From Blastocladiella emersonii ATCC 22665 (Eukaryota > Fungi > Blastocladiomycota): a stretch of 64,000 nt of DNA. The notes beneath the pieces were generated by a model. It did no database searches. It was not told the origin of the DNA and was given only the letters and a program-made list of their open reading frames with translations. Location: NCBI GenBank assembly GCA_025594325.1, contig JANHCV010000001.1:4960001-5024000 (forward strand), read 5' to 3'. A program made the position numbers and the translations under genes. Shown here in pieces: positions 24,886 through 33,805 of the stretch (position 1 is the first letter of the stretch; each line of letters begins with the position of its first letter).

Positions 24886-26232
24886 TTACGCGACAAGCGC
24901 GAACACGGCGAGGGCCGCGGCGCCAGCGGCCGCGAGGATGCTGCGCGAGCCGAGCGCCGATGGCGCGGCGGTGGCGGCCATCATGTCGTTGAGGGTCTTG
25001 ACCTCCTTGGGGTTGGACACGTTGAACGACATGTACATGCCGGCCTTGAAGTGGTCGTGGACGTGGCAGTGCAGCAGCCAGTTGCCCGGGTTGTCGACGT
25101 GCGCATCGGCCCACCGGAACGTCGCCGGGAACGCCTCGAGCACGTCGCGGCGGTGGCCCTCGGACATGACCGTGATGCCGTGCCAGTGGATCGTGTGGAT
25201 GTCGACCTCGGTCCCGAACGCGAGCAGGTAGAACCGCACGTAGTCGCCCAGGTCCATCTGCAGCGTCGGCAGGTTGCCGTAGAAGTAGCCGTTGATGTTG
25301 TGCATCATGTTCGACTCCTTGAACGCGTCCGACGTGTCGAGCGCGGCCAGCGCCGTCGTGTTGGACTTGATGGTGGCGGGGAGCGCCGCAAACTCCTCGG
25401 GCGTGTACGTCGTGTTCTTGGCGTACTTGGCAATGTTGGCCTTGAGGAACGACGACTCGTTCTCGTTGCCGACGACAAACGACAAAAAGAACTCCTTCTT
25501 GACGCGGAACGAGCTCGAGTCGTACTTGGGCAGCCCGTTGTCACCCAGAATGCCCGACTCGTAGACCACGAGCGCGCCGTACAGGCCGTCGTAAATGTCC
25601 GACTCCATGACGTGCGAGTGGTACGCCCACACCATGGCGCTGCCGTCGTTCGGGCCGGGACCGGCGCGGTTGGGCACGGGCCACGTGTACGTGAACGTCT
25701 TGCCGGGGTCGACCGAGGCGCCCGCGCCCGCGTCGGGGCCCATGCCGGCGCCCTCGTTGTCCTTGTCGTAGAAGACGCCGTGCGGGTGGATCGAGTACGG
25801 GTTCGTCTTGGCCTTGTTCTTGAACACGACGCGGATCACCTGGTTGACCTCGGCGCGCAGCACGGGGCCCATGATGCCGAGGTGCTCGTCCTCGGCGCGC
25901 CGCGCGACCTGCTTCTCGAACTTGTCGTCCGTATACTGCTTGTACACGGCCTTGAGGTACTTTTTGCCGATGCGGCCCTCGGCCTGCGCCGCGAACACGG
26001 CGGGGTCGGACCCGGCCGTCGTCAGCGAGTCGCCCGAGAACCCGTCCTTGCCCGAGGGAGCGTAGTCCCACTCGACCTCCTCGGCGGCCACGTAGTAGGT
26101 CCAGATGGCGCACTTGTCGTTGCGCGGGCACGGGTTCGGCGTCGACTCGGCCTCGGCCGCGGCGACCGGGGACACCGACTGCAGCAGCACCGCGAGCAGG
26201 GCGGCGAGGAGGAAGGTATGTGTCCGCGCCAT
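24886..26232 (-). CDS. Secreted, probably GPI-anchored two-domain multicopper oxidase of ceruloplasmin/hephaestin type (putative ferroxidase)
   Basis: Intronless, ~448 aa from ATG 26232. Signal peptide MARTHTFLLAALLAVLL. Ceruloplasmin-like YYVAAEEVEWDYAP, IGKKYLKAVYKQYTD, GPVLRAEV, SIHPHG, AYHSH, ESNMMHNING, EVDIHTIHWHG, PGNWLLHCHVHDHFKAGM. Hydrophobic C-terminus. Confidence 0.92.
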   Translation of the reverse strand: MARTHTFLLAALLAVLLQSVSPVAAAEAESTPNPCPRNDKCAIWTYYVAAEEVEWDYAPSGKDGFSGDSLTTAGSDPAVFAAQAEGRIGKKYLKAVYKQYTDDKFEKQVARRAEDEHLGIMGPVLRAEVNQVIRVVFKNKAKTNPYSIHPHGVFYDKDNEGAGMGPDAGAGASVDPGKTFTYTWPVPNRAGPGPNDGSAMVWAYHSHVMESDIYDGLYGALVVYESGILGDNGLPKYDSSSFRVKKEFFLSFVVGNENESSFLKANIAKYAKNTTYTPEEFAALPATIKSNTTALAALDTSDAFKESNMMHNINGYFYGNLPTLQMDLGDYVRFYLLAFGTEVDIHTIHWHGITVMSEGHRRDVLEAFPATFRWADAHVDNPGNWLLHCHVHDHFKAGMYMSFNVSNPKEVKTLNDMMAATAAPSALGSRSILAAAGAAALAVFALVA

Positions 26233-26412
26233 GGTGATACGCCCAAAGCCCGAGCGAGACAGGAAAGAATGGAGAGCAGAGAGCTCCAGCGCCTCAGAAC
26301 GGGCGAGCTTTTGAGGCGGCACCCCGACGACAAGGGCTGTGACACGGGGAGCTTGACGAGACATTTTCTCCTTCGGATCGTCTGGTTGTTATCGATGGGC
26401 GATTCAAGCAAG

Positions 26413-26479
26413 CCTTCGCGACCCACGAGGGCCTTCGCGGCCCACGAGGACCAGCACGAGGACCTTCGCGGCCCACGTG
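26413..26479. repeat. Short imperfect tandem repeat (CCTTCGCGRCCCACGWG x3, plus a partial CACGAGGA unit)
   Basis: Units begin at 26413, 26432 and 26463, read directly; they lie in the oxidase-FTR1 intergenic region. Confidence 0.8.
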
Positions 26480-26496
26480 TTGCGATCCACATTGCC

Positions 26497-26505
26497 ATCT
26501 GATAA
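26497..26505 (+). promoter_or_regulatory. Putative iron-responsive GATA repressor site ATCTGATAA
   Basis: Exact match to the ATCWGATAA consensus of SreA/Fep1-type repressors, located between the divergent oxidase and FTR1 genes. A second GATAA (TTATCGAT, minus strand) lies at 26389-26396. Confidence 0.65.
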
Positions 26506-26664
26506 ATGGAAAGTGCCGCACCCTTGCGTCCTCACGTCCCACGACCCGCGAGCAAAGGGAGAGCGTACAAATTCCTCGCTCACGCGGAGCCCCTCTCTCG
26601 CTCGCTCCCCTCCTTCGTTAGGCCGGCGCAGCGTTCCCTCTACACTATCATACTGCTGTCCGCC

Positions 26665-27778
26665 ATGTCCGACACTGGCATTCAGAAGACGTTCGGCGTC
26701 CCCGACAAGGAGGTCGAGACCAAGTTCCGGTCAACGGGCGTCTTCGATGTGCCCGCTTACTTTATCTTCGTACGATTTTGCGTTCAGCAGCCACGGGCCG
26801 TTGGCCAGGCGAGTCGAGTCGTCCAGGACTAACGGGCGCGAGCCGGCGCGGTCCTTGTAGTCGCGCGAGGTCCTGGAAATGGCCGTCATCATCGCCGTGC
26901 TGGTCACCTTCATCAACCGCATCATGGCCAGCAACGAGAAGCTGCGCAAGCAGATGGTGCGCCAGGTGTACCTCGGCGCGATCGCTGGCACGCTCGTGTC
27001 GATTGCACTGGCCGTCATCTTCATCATCCTGTTCCAGACGCTGCGCGTCGACATCTGGGGCACCGAGACGTTCGAGATCATCTTCGAGGCCGTGTTCAAG
27101 CTGCTCGCGTGCGCGCTCATCACCATCATGGCCTTCACCATGATCAAGGTCGAGTACTGGCAGCTCAAGTGGGAGCGCAAGCTCCGCGTCGCGGCGCAGG
27201 AGGCCATGGAGACCATGAACAAGTCCAAGTGGACCATGTTCCTGTTGTCGTTCACGGTCGTGCTCCGCGAGGGCCTCGAGACGCTCGTTCTCCTCGGCGG
27301 CACCTCGTCGTCGGCGTCGGCCAAGTCCATCATCCTGCCCGCCATCACGGGGATCATCACTGGGTGCCTGATCGGCTGGCTCGTGTACAAGGGCGGCAGC
27401 ACGATCGCGCTCAAGGTGTTCGTGCAGGTCTCGATCGTGTTCCTGCTGTTCATCGCTGCCGGTCTCTTCATGGGCGGGTGCCACGAGATCGAGGAGCTGA
27501 CGGGCGGCGAGATTGTCGTGCTCGAGATCGAGGACGTCGAGTTCGACCCGGATGACGGCAACGTCTTCTTCCAGATCATCGGCGCGCTGTTCGGCTGGCG
27601 GTCCGAGTGGACCGTGGTGACGGTCGTCACCTACTTCCTGTACTGGGTCGTCGCGCTCCCGGCGCTCTACTTCTACAACCGCAAGCAGACGCGCCTGGCC
27701 GAGGCGCTCGCGCGCGAGGAGGGCCAGAGCGGCTCGACCATTGCCGGCGATGACGACGAGACCAAGCGCATCGTGTAA
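26665..27778 (+). CDS. FTR1: High-affinity iron permease FTR1 family
   Basis: Two RExxE motifs (SREVLE across intron 26770-26860; VLREGLE), about 7 hydrophobic segments, WERKL, and GALFGW. Confidence 0.95.
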
Positions 27779-27984
27779 GGCGCCAGTGCTGCCAGTAGCG
27801 TCCCCCAGTTTTGAACTTGAAGTCAACCCATACTCGCACAAATGAATTTTCTAGCTTCATTACATGCCATCTGTCTCGTTTTGAGGGGAGCACGGGTGAG
27901 CGACTGTGGAGCAGCTCGGCGACGCGTGCGTGCCCTACTTTCGCACCTTGACGACTTGCCGAACATCCTCGCTTGCACGCACTC

Positions 27985-29327
27985 ATGAACGCGCCGTCCC
28001 ACTCCATGCAAAACTCTCAGAGACCTGCACCGCGCGAGGAGCGGCATAGCAACCTAGGCGGGTGGTCCAAGCAGGACCGCGAGGCCCTCCACGCCGAGCT
28101 CAAGCGCATGCCCAAGTGGCAGCCGGCCGAGCTCGCGTCCCGGCTCGGTAAACCTGTCGTTGAGGTCCTCTGGCACCTCTCGGCGCTCGACGCGCAGTAC
28201 CGATCGCTCCGCGGTATGCTACGATGCGGCGTTCGTGCGGTTTCGCTACCACTGACACGCGAGCGTGGCCTCCAGTGTCCAAACCGGGCAGCCTCATTGA
28301 CAGGCACCCTTTCGAGCAGTGCGAGGAGGCGAGCGACAGCGAGGTGGAGCAAGAGGAGGCGGAGAGCCGGCGGCACGCCAAGGAGCTCGACCGCGCGCTC
28401 AAGGCGCTCAACGCGGAGCGCACGCTGACCAAGCGCGAGGAGGATCTGCTCCAGGTCCTGCACCGGAGGCGAGCAACCATCGCCATGTCACAGTACGCTC
28501 CTCACTAGTGTTGATCCGCGCGCCATCCATCACTCACCCGCTCGGACGTGTGTAGCCACCTCAACAACGGGAAGCCGCTGTCGGTCATGAACGACGTGTG
28601 GCTCGAGGTGCACGCGTCGCTCGTGGCGTGGCTCCAGCCGCGCGTCCACGACGCGGTGCGGTTCGCCGAGCAGCGGATCGCGCTCGCGCACCCGACGGCG
28701 CACGTGGTAGTCGACGAGATTGCCGAGGCCGATATTGAGGCCGCGGTCACCGCCCACGCTCGCCCGCGCGACACGCACAACGCGGCGCGCGCCCGCGAGC
28801 TCGCGCTGTGGTGGGCGACCGAGTACAGCCCGCGCAACCCGCACTTTTGCGACGAGCTGTACCCGACGGCGCGGCGCGCGTTCGCGCACTACGGGATCGA
28901 CCTCGACGAGGTGCGCAAGTGGCAGCCGCCGGCCGAGCTCGCGGCCAAGCTCGCGACCATCGACCCGCTCGTCGTCGCGGGGCTCGTCAACCCCGAGAAT
29001 GGCGCGCTTCTCGGGCCCGAGACAGTCGGCGACGATAGTGCCGAGGCGGAAGAGGAGGAAACCATGTGGATCGAGCCGAGCATCGCGATCTGCGCACCAG
29101 GTCCGCTCCCGCCGCACGACACCGACCTCCACTCTGCTTCCGTCCTGTTAACCGATGACGACGACGACGACGACAAGTCAAGTGACGAGGAGGACGACGA
29201 CGACGACGACGACGAGGATGAGTCGCCTGCTGCCTCATCACGTGGGTCGAAGCGCAGTGTAGAAGACGACGAAGAGGCCGACGGCGACGCGCCGCCTGCA
29301 AAGCGCGCCCGCCGCCGACGGAAATAA
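27985..29327 (+). CDS. Hypothetical nuclear protein with SANT/Myb-like N-terminus and acidic/basic tail (possibly Rrn5-like)
   Basis: WSKQDREALHAELKR..AELASRLGKPVVEVLWHLSAL resembles a SANT repeat; a helical segment ends EADIEAAV; poly-D/E tract and NLS-like PPAKRARRRRK. Two introns (~28214-28275, ~28492-28555). Confidence 0.5.
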
Positions 29328-29530
29328 ACGACGCGTGTCTCACCTCCATCTCTGCTCCCCGCTCATCAGGCCTCCACCTTCCACATTGGACCGCAGCGCT
29401 CGCCTTCCCTCCTCGCTCCCACCGAGCCGCGTGCCATCGACGCTCTCTCCCGCGCGACGACCGCGACTGCAACGAATCATCACCGCCCGTATCACACGCA
29501 ACGCACCAGCAACGCACTCACACCACCACC

Positions 29531-30754
29531 ATGCCCGGTCTCGCGCGCCGCAACTCGGCGCCGTACGCGCTCGCCGGCGTGGGCCCGCACGGCCACCTGT
29601 TCGGCGACGACCCGCTCGACGACCCGGCGGGCCGCGCGCTGCCCGGCACGCTGCCCCGCGCGGCCACGGCGGGCAAGCCGCGCCCGTACACGGTCGGGTA
29701 CTTTGACCCGAGCTACGACTACGCCGTGGGCCACGAGCGCGCGGCCACGGGCCACCCGCACGACGTGGTCGACCCGTACCTGCGCGCGCACGAGCGCGAC
29801 TTCCGCCGCGCGGCGGCCCGCGGCGACTTCCATGCCACGGACCCGGCGCTCCTCGAGTCGCAGCGCACGCTCGTGGCCGATGAGCCTGTGGTGCCCGCCG
29901 TCGAGCGCACGCGCGGCACAGCGCGCGGGACCAACGTCACGCACCGGTACTCGAGCTACGTCGCGCCCGCGGCGGCCGCGCCTGCCACGATCAAGACGGC
30001 GGCGCCCGTGGCCGTCACGACGACGACGCGCGAGCTGACGCCGCCGCCCGCGCACCGCCGCTCGCTGTCCACGGGCGCCGGGTACCCCGTCGCGCTGCCG
30101 GGCGGCGCGCGCCTCGTGCACACGGTCCCCGAGGCCGGCGAGGACGTGTGGTACTACCCGAGTGGGCGCGCGCGGTCGCCGGCGCGGCCCGCGCCGGGCG
30201 CCCTGGTCTCGGAGCAATACGGCGTGTCGCTCCCGCTCGCTGCGCGCCAGGCGGTCCCGTACGGCACCGCGATCCGCCGCACGGGCACGGGCGCCACGAC
30301 GGTCGTCGCGCCGGGGTACCACCGCGACACGTTCCACGCCGAGTCGAGCGTGTTCCGGCGCGCGCCCGTGACGCCGTCGGCCGGCCGCACCGCGTACACG
30401 GCTGCGGGTGCGCCCGCGGCGGCCGGCACCGCGTACGCGACCACAGGCACGCACCTCCCGCCGCGCACCACGGTCACGGCGCTCGACCGCGCCAACATGA
30501 TCGCGCTGCGCGAGGAGGAGGCCAGCCGGCCCGTGTCGTACACCAAGATCGGCCACATCACGATCCGCCACGACCAGCCCGGCGGCATGTACGGGTCGTC
30601 GCGGTTCGCGGGCTACGGCAAGCCGATCCTGCGCCCGCACACCACCACCGAGGCCGCCATCCTGCGCGCGCACGAGCTCGCGTCGCAGGAGGCCCGCCGC
30701 GACATGCACCTGGCGCGCCGGCGGACCAAGATTGGCGGGCTGATCAGCTGGTGA
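29531..30754 (+). CDS. Hypothetical Ala/Pro/Thr/Arg-rich protein
   Basis: 407-aa ATG ORF preceded by CACCACC, with strong GC3 bias; no domain recognised. Confidence 0.6.
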   Translation: MPGLARRNSAPYALAGVGPHGHLFGDDPLDDPAGRALPGTLPRAATAGKPRPYTVGYFDPSYDYAVGHERAATGHPHDVVDPYLRAHERDFRRAAARGDFHATDPALLESQRTLVADEPVVPAVERTRGTARGTNVTHRYSSYVAPAAAAPATIKTAAPVAVTTTTRELTPPPAHRRSLSTGAGYPVALPGGARLVHTVPEAGEDVWYYPSGRARSPARPAPGALVSEQYGVSLPLAARQAVPYGTAIRRTGTGATTVVAPGYHRDTFHAESSVFRRAPVTPSAGRTAYTAAGAPAAAGTAYATTGTHLPPRTTVTALDRANMIALREEEASRPVSYTKIGHITIRHDQPGGMYGSSRFAGYGKPILRPHTTTEAAILRAHELASQEARRDMHLARRRTKIGGLISW

Positions 30755-31289
30755 TCCGTGGTCGGTTGCCGGCGGTCGCGACGTGCTTGTCATTTCGTTT
30801 TTCGATACATTGAGTCATGTCCATCGGCTCCTGAGCCTCCTGAGCCTGCCAGCCGTGGCGGCTGCGTGATCGCGCATGCGGTCGTGGGATGGGATGTGTG
30901 GAACTAAGAGTCCCGTGACAGACGCGTGGACGCGTTTGTCTCGCGCGGGCCGCGGGGCCAAGCCGCTGATCCCAGCACGGCCAGCGTGCCCGGCGACACG
31001 GGCCCAGGCGGCCGATCTTGCGGTCCCAACGGCGCACCCACTGGCACTCCGCGGCCGCTGTCGGAACGCCCCCAGATGCCGCTACTGTGGAGCGAGCATC
31101 CCATCCGTGCTATCGATAGGAGATTGCGGGCGGGAGCCACCGAGTCCCTGTGGCACCGCAGAAGCTTCGGGCTTGCAGTCTCGAACACGCCACACGCCTT
31201 CCAGGCCAGGCCTAGATGCTATCTGATGATACGCGCAAGTTTACGTGCAACGCGCGTCGGGACAGCACTGAGCAATTCCGCCTTCCTTC

Positions 31290-31298
31290 ATCTGATAG
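31290..31298 (+). promoter_or_regulatory. Putative GATA site ATCTGATAG upstream of the ZIP transporter
   Basis: 8/9 match to ATCWGATAA ~110 bp upstream of the ATG. Further GATA-like words lie at ~31111-31120 (CTATCGATAG) and 31221-31231 (ATCTGATGATA). Confidence 0.45.
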
Positions 31299-31405
31299 TC
31301 GCGAGCAAAAGTATCGATCGATGGGAAGGCGGTATAAAATGCCCTCTCGTCTCTTTCCTGAACCTCTGCCCCTCTCTTGCCGACGTAACTTACTCGCACT
31401 CGACA

Positions 31406-32470
31406 ATGCCCGAAGCACGCGCCGAGCACGACTACCTCCTCGCCTTCCTCGTCACCATCGGCGCCGGCTTCTCGACGGCCATTGGTGCGCTGTCGGTGCG
31501 CTTCGGCTCGCTGCGCAACCCCAAGCTGCTGGCGGTCGGTATGGCGCTCGCGGCGGGCGTCATGCTCCTCGTGTCGCTGGTCGAGATCTTCCACGAGTCG
31601 GTGGCCTCGTTCGAGGAGGCGTGGCCCGTGGAGCAGTACCCGCACGGCAAGCGCACGGCGTACCTGCTGGCGACCATCACCTTCTTCGCCGGCGCCCTGC
31701 TCACCGTCTTCCTCGAGATGGGCGTGCACAAGTTCCAGCACGCGCTCGGCGGCGAGGACGCCGACCACCACGACCTGCCCAACCCGGCCGCGTACGGCCG
31801 CGCCGCGCGCTCCGACGAGGAGGAGACGCTTGCCGCCAAGGACAAGGACGTCGACGCCGACAAGGCCAACGACGACTGGAGCTCGCGCCCGCTGACGACG
31901 GCCGAGCGCGCCGGCCTCATCAAGACGGCCCTCATCACCGGACTCGCCATCTCGATCCACAACATCCCCGAGGGCCTGGCCACCTTCATCTCCATGTCGG
32001 CCGGCGCCAACGCGGGCCTGCCCCTTGCCTTTGCCATCGCCGTGCACAACGTACGCAGTCCACCTTGCGCGTGCACACTTCCCGCCACTCAAACCGCTCA
32101 CCGACTCACCGATCCTTGCTCCCTTGACATCTAGATTCCCGAGGGTCTCTGCGTGGCCATTCCGGTGCTCTACGCGACAGGCTCGCGGTGGAAGGGCTTC
32201 CTGTGGGGCACGCTGACCGGCCTCAGTGAGCCGCTCGGCGCCCTCATTGGTTTCGCGATCCTCGAGTCCACGGCCGAGCAGGACCTGAGTGCGACGTACG
32301 GCGCGCTGTTCGGCATCATCTCGGGCATGATGACGTACATTTCGCTGGCAGAGCTGGTCCCGACCGCGCTCAAGTACTACCCGAACCAGCGCAACATCGC
32401 CCTCCTCGTCTTTGCCGGCATGGCCTTCATGGCCGCCTCGCTTGTGCTCTTCGAGTACGCCGAGAAGTAA
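31406..32470 (+). CDS. ZIP-family divalent metal transporter, ZupT/GufA-like
   Basis: AISIHNIPEGLATF, AIAVHN|IPEGLCVAIP, GLSEPLGA, GIISGMMTYIS..ELVPTA, GMAFMAASL. One intron ~32051-32134. Confidence 0.93.
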
Positions 32471-32574
32471 CGAGTATCTATCTGCACGAGCAGACAGACG
32501 GTTTCCGCGGCCGTTGGCGCGGGGCACCTTACACGCTAGTTCGAACCCTTGATTATACAATCCATTGTGCGTTT

Positions 32575-33591
32575 TCACACCCGTGCCACTGCGATATGAG
32601 CACTGCCGTCCGCGAGGCGCCTCGTCGTCGTCGTCATACTGCCCGCGTGCTTGATCGGCCGGCCAGACCGGACCCACACGTCGACGACGGCAACGTGCCC
32701 GTTGGCCGAGGCGGCGTCGACCGCCCTGGCCGTGTACTTGAGCGGCAACCCCGACTCGCACAGCCACCACCGCACCACGTCGACGTGCCCGTTAGCGCTG
32801 GCCTCGTCGAGCGCGAGGTCCGTGTACCGGACAGACGCGGGAAAGTGCCGGACCAGCCACTTGACCATGGCGAGGTGCCCGCGGGCGCTGCTCAGGTCGA
32901 GCGACACGATGAGCCGGATGAGGACCGCGCGCTCGACCGCCGCGCGCGACGACGAACGGTCTTTGGCTGCCGCCTGCAGCTTCGCGAGGTCGGCCACCGC
33001 CTCGCTCGCCTCGTCGAAGCACAATGCAGGGAACGCGGCGCGGAGCCACAAGTCCAGGACCTCCGTCCGCCCGCGCTGCTTGGCCTCGCTAAGGATCTCA
33101 GCGACGGGCAGCTCGCAGACGGGGTGGCGCAGCAGGTGCGCGAGGACCGCGTGCCGTCCGTGCTCGACGAGCGGCGGGATGATGAACCGGCTCGCGACCG
33201 AGTGCAGGTCCGACAGGAACGCGCGCCGGCACCGCGCGTACACGGCGAGCCGGTCCGGGCGGTCCTCGGCCAGGATGTGGAACAGCGCCATGCCCCGGAA
33301 ATACCGGCACACGTGCACCGTGAGCCGCGGCAGGCCGCCCGCCACGTACAGGTACTCGCGGAACTCGGCGGCCAGCACGTCGAACCCGGGCCGCGGCGGG
33401 CAACGCCGTTTGCTGGAAAAGTCGGCGACGCGCGTCGCGAGCTCGTACGGCAGTTGTTGCGACAGGCCGCCGATGCAGCTGCACTGCCGCGCGCGCGGGG
33501 CGAGGTACGGGTTGCCCCGCTTGGCCGCGATGAGCAGGATGTCCTCGACGAGGTCCAGCGGGAGCCGTGGTAGCTGCTGCGTCATCTTCAT
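32575..33591 (-). CDS. Ankyrin-repeat protein (ASANGHV..W..SG repeat type)
   Basis: Repeats LSSARGHLAMVKWL, EASANGHVDVVRWWLCESGLPLKYT, AASANGHVAVVDVWVRSG; N-terminal LPRLPLDLVEDIL is F-box-like. Confidence 0.75.
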   Translation of the reverse strand: MKMTQQLPRLPLDLVEDILLIAAKRGNPYLAPRARQCSCIGGLSQQLPYELATRVADFSSKRRCPPRPGFDVLAAEFREYLYVAGGLPRLTVHVCRYFRGMALFHILAEDRPDRLAVYARCRRAFLSDLHSVASRFIIPPLVEHGRHAVLAHLLRHPVCELPVAEILSEAKQRGRTEVLDLWLRAAFPALCFDEASEAVADLAKLQAAAKDRSSSRAAVERAVLIRLIVSLDLSSARGHLAMVKWLVRHFPASVRYTDLALDEASANGHVDVVRWWLCESGLPLKYTARAVDAASANGHVAVVDVWVRSGRPIKHAGSMTTTTRRLADGSAHIAVARV

Positions 33592-33805
33592 TGCTTTAAG
33601 TGTGCCGAATCTTCCGTTCTCTAATGAAGAGGGCGATCAAGTCAAGGAGAGCTCAAGCGGCAGCGCCGAAACCACGCGCGGAACTATCACGTGGGGTGCG
33701 AGACATTGCGAGACACTTGCAGTTTCGAGCGAGCGGTCGATGGGCAACTCCAAAAAGCTCTGGATGTTATAATACATGATGTGACCCCACACGACACCTT
33801 ACAGC

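Noticed and set aside
29150-29225. (GAC)n, (CTG)n and (CAG/GCC)n trinucleotide runs here, at ~58350 and in 61690-63900
   Set aside because: They encode ordinary poly-D, poly-Q and poly-A tracts within proteins.
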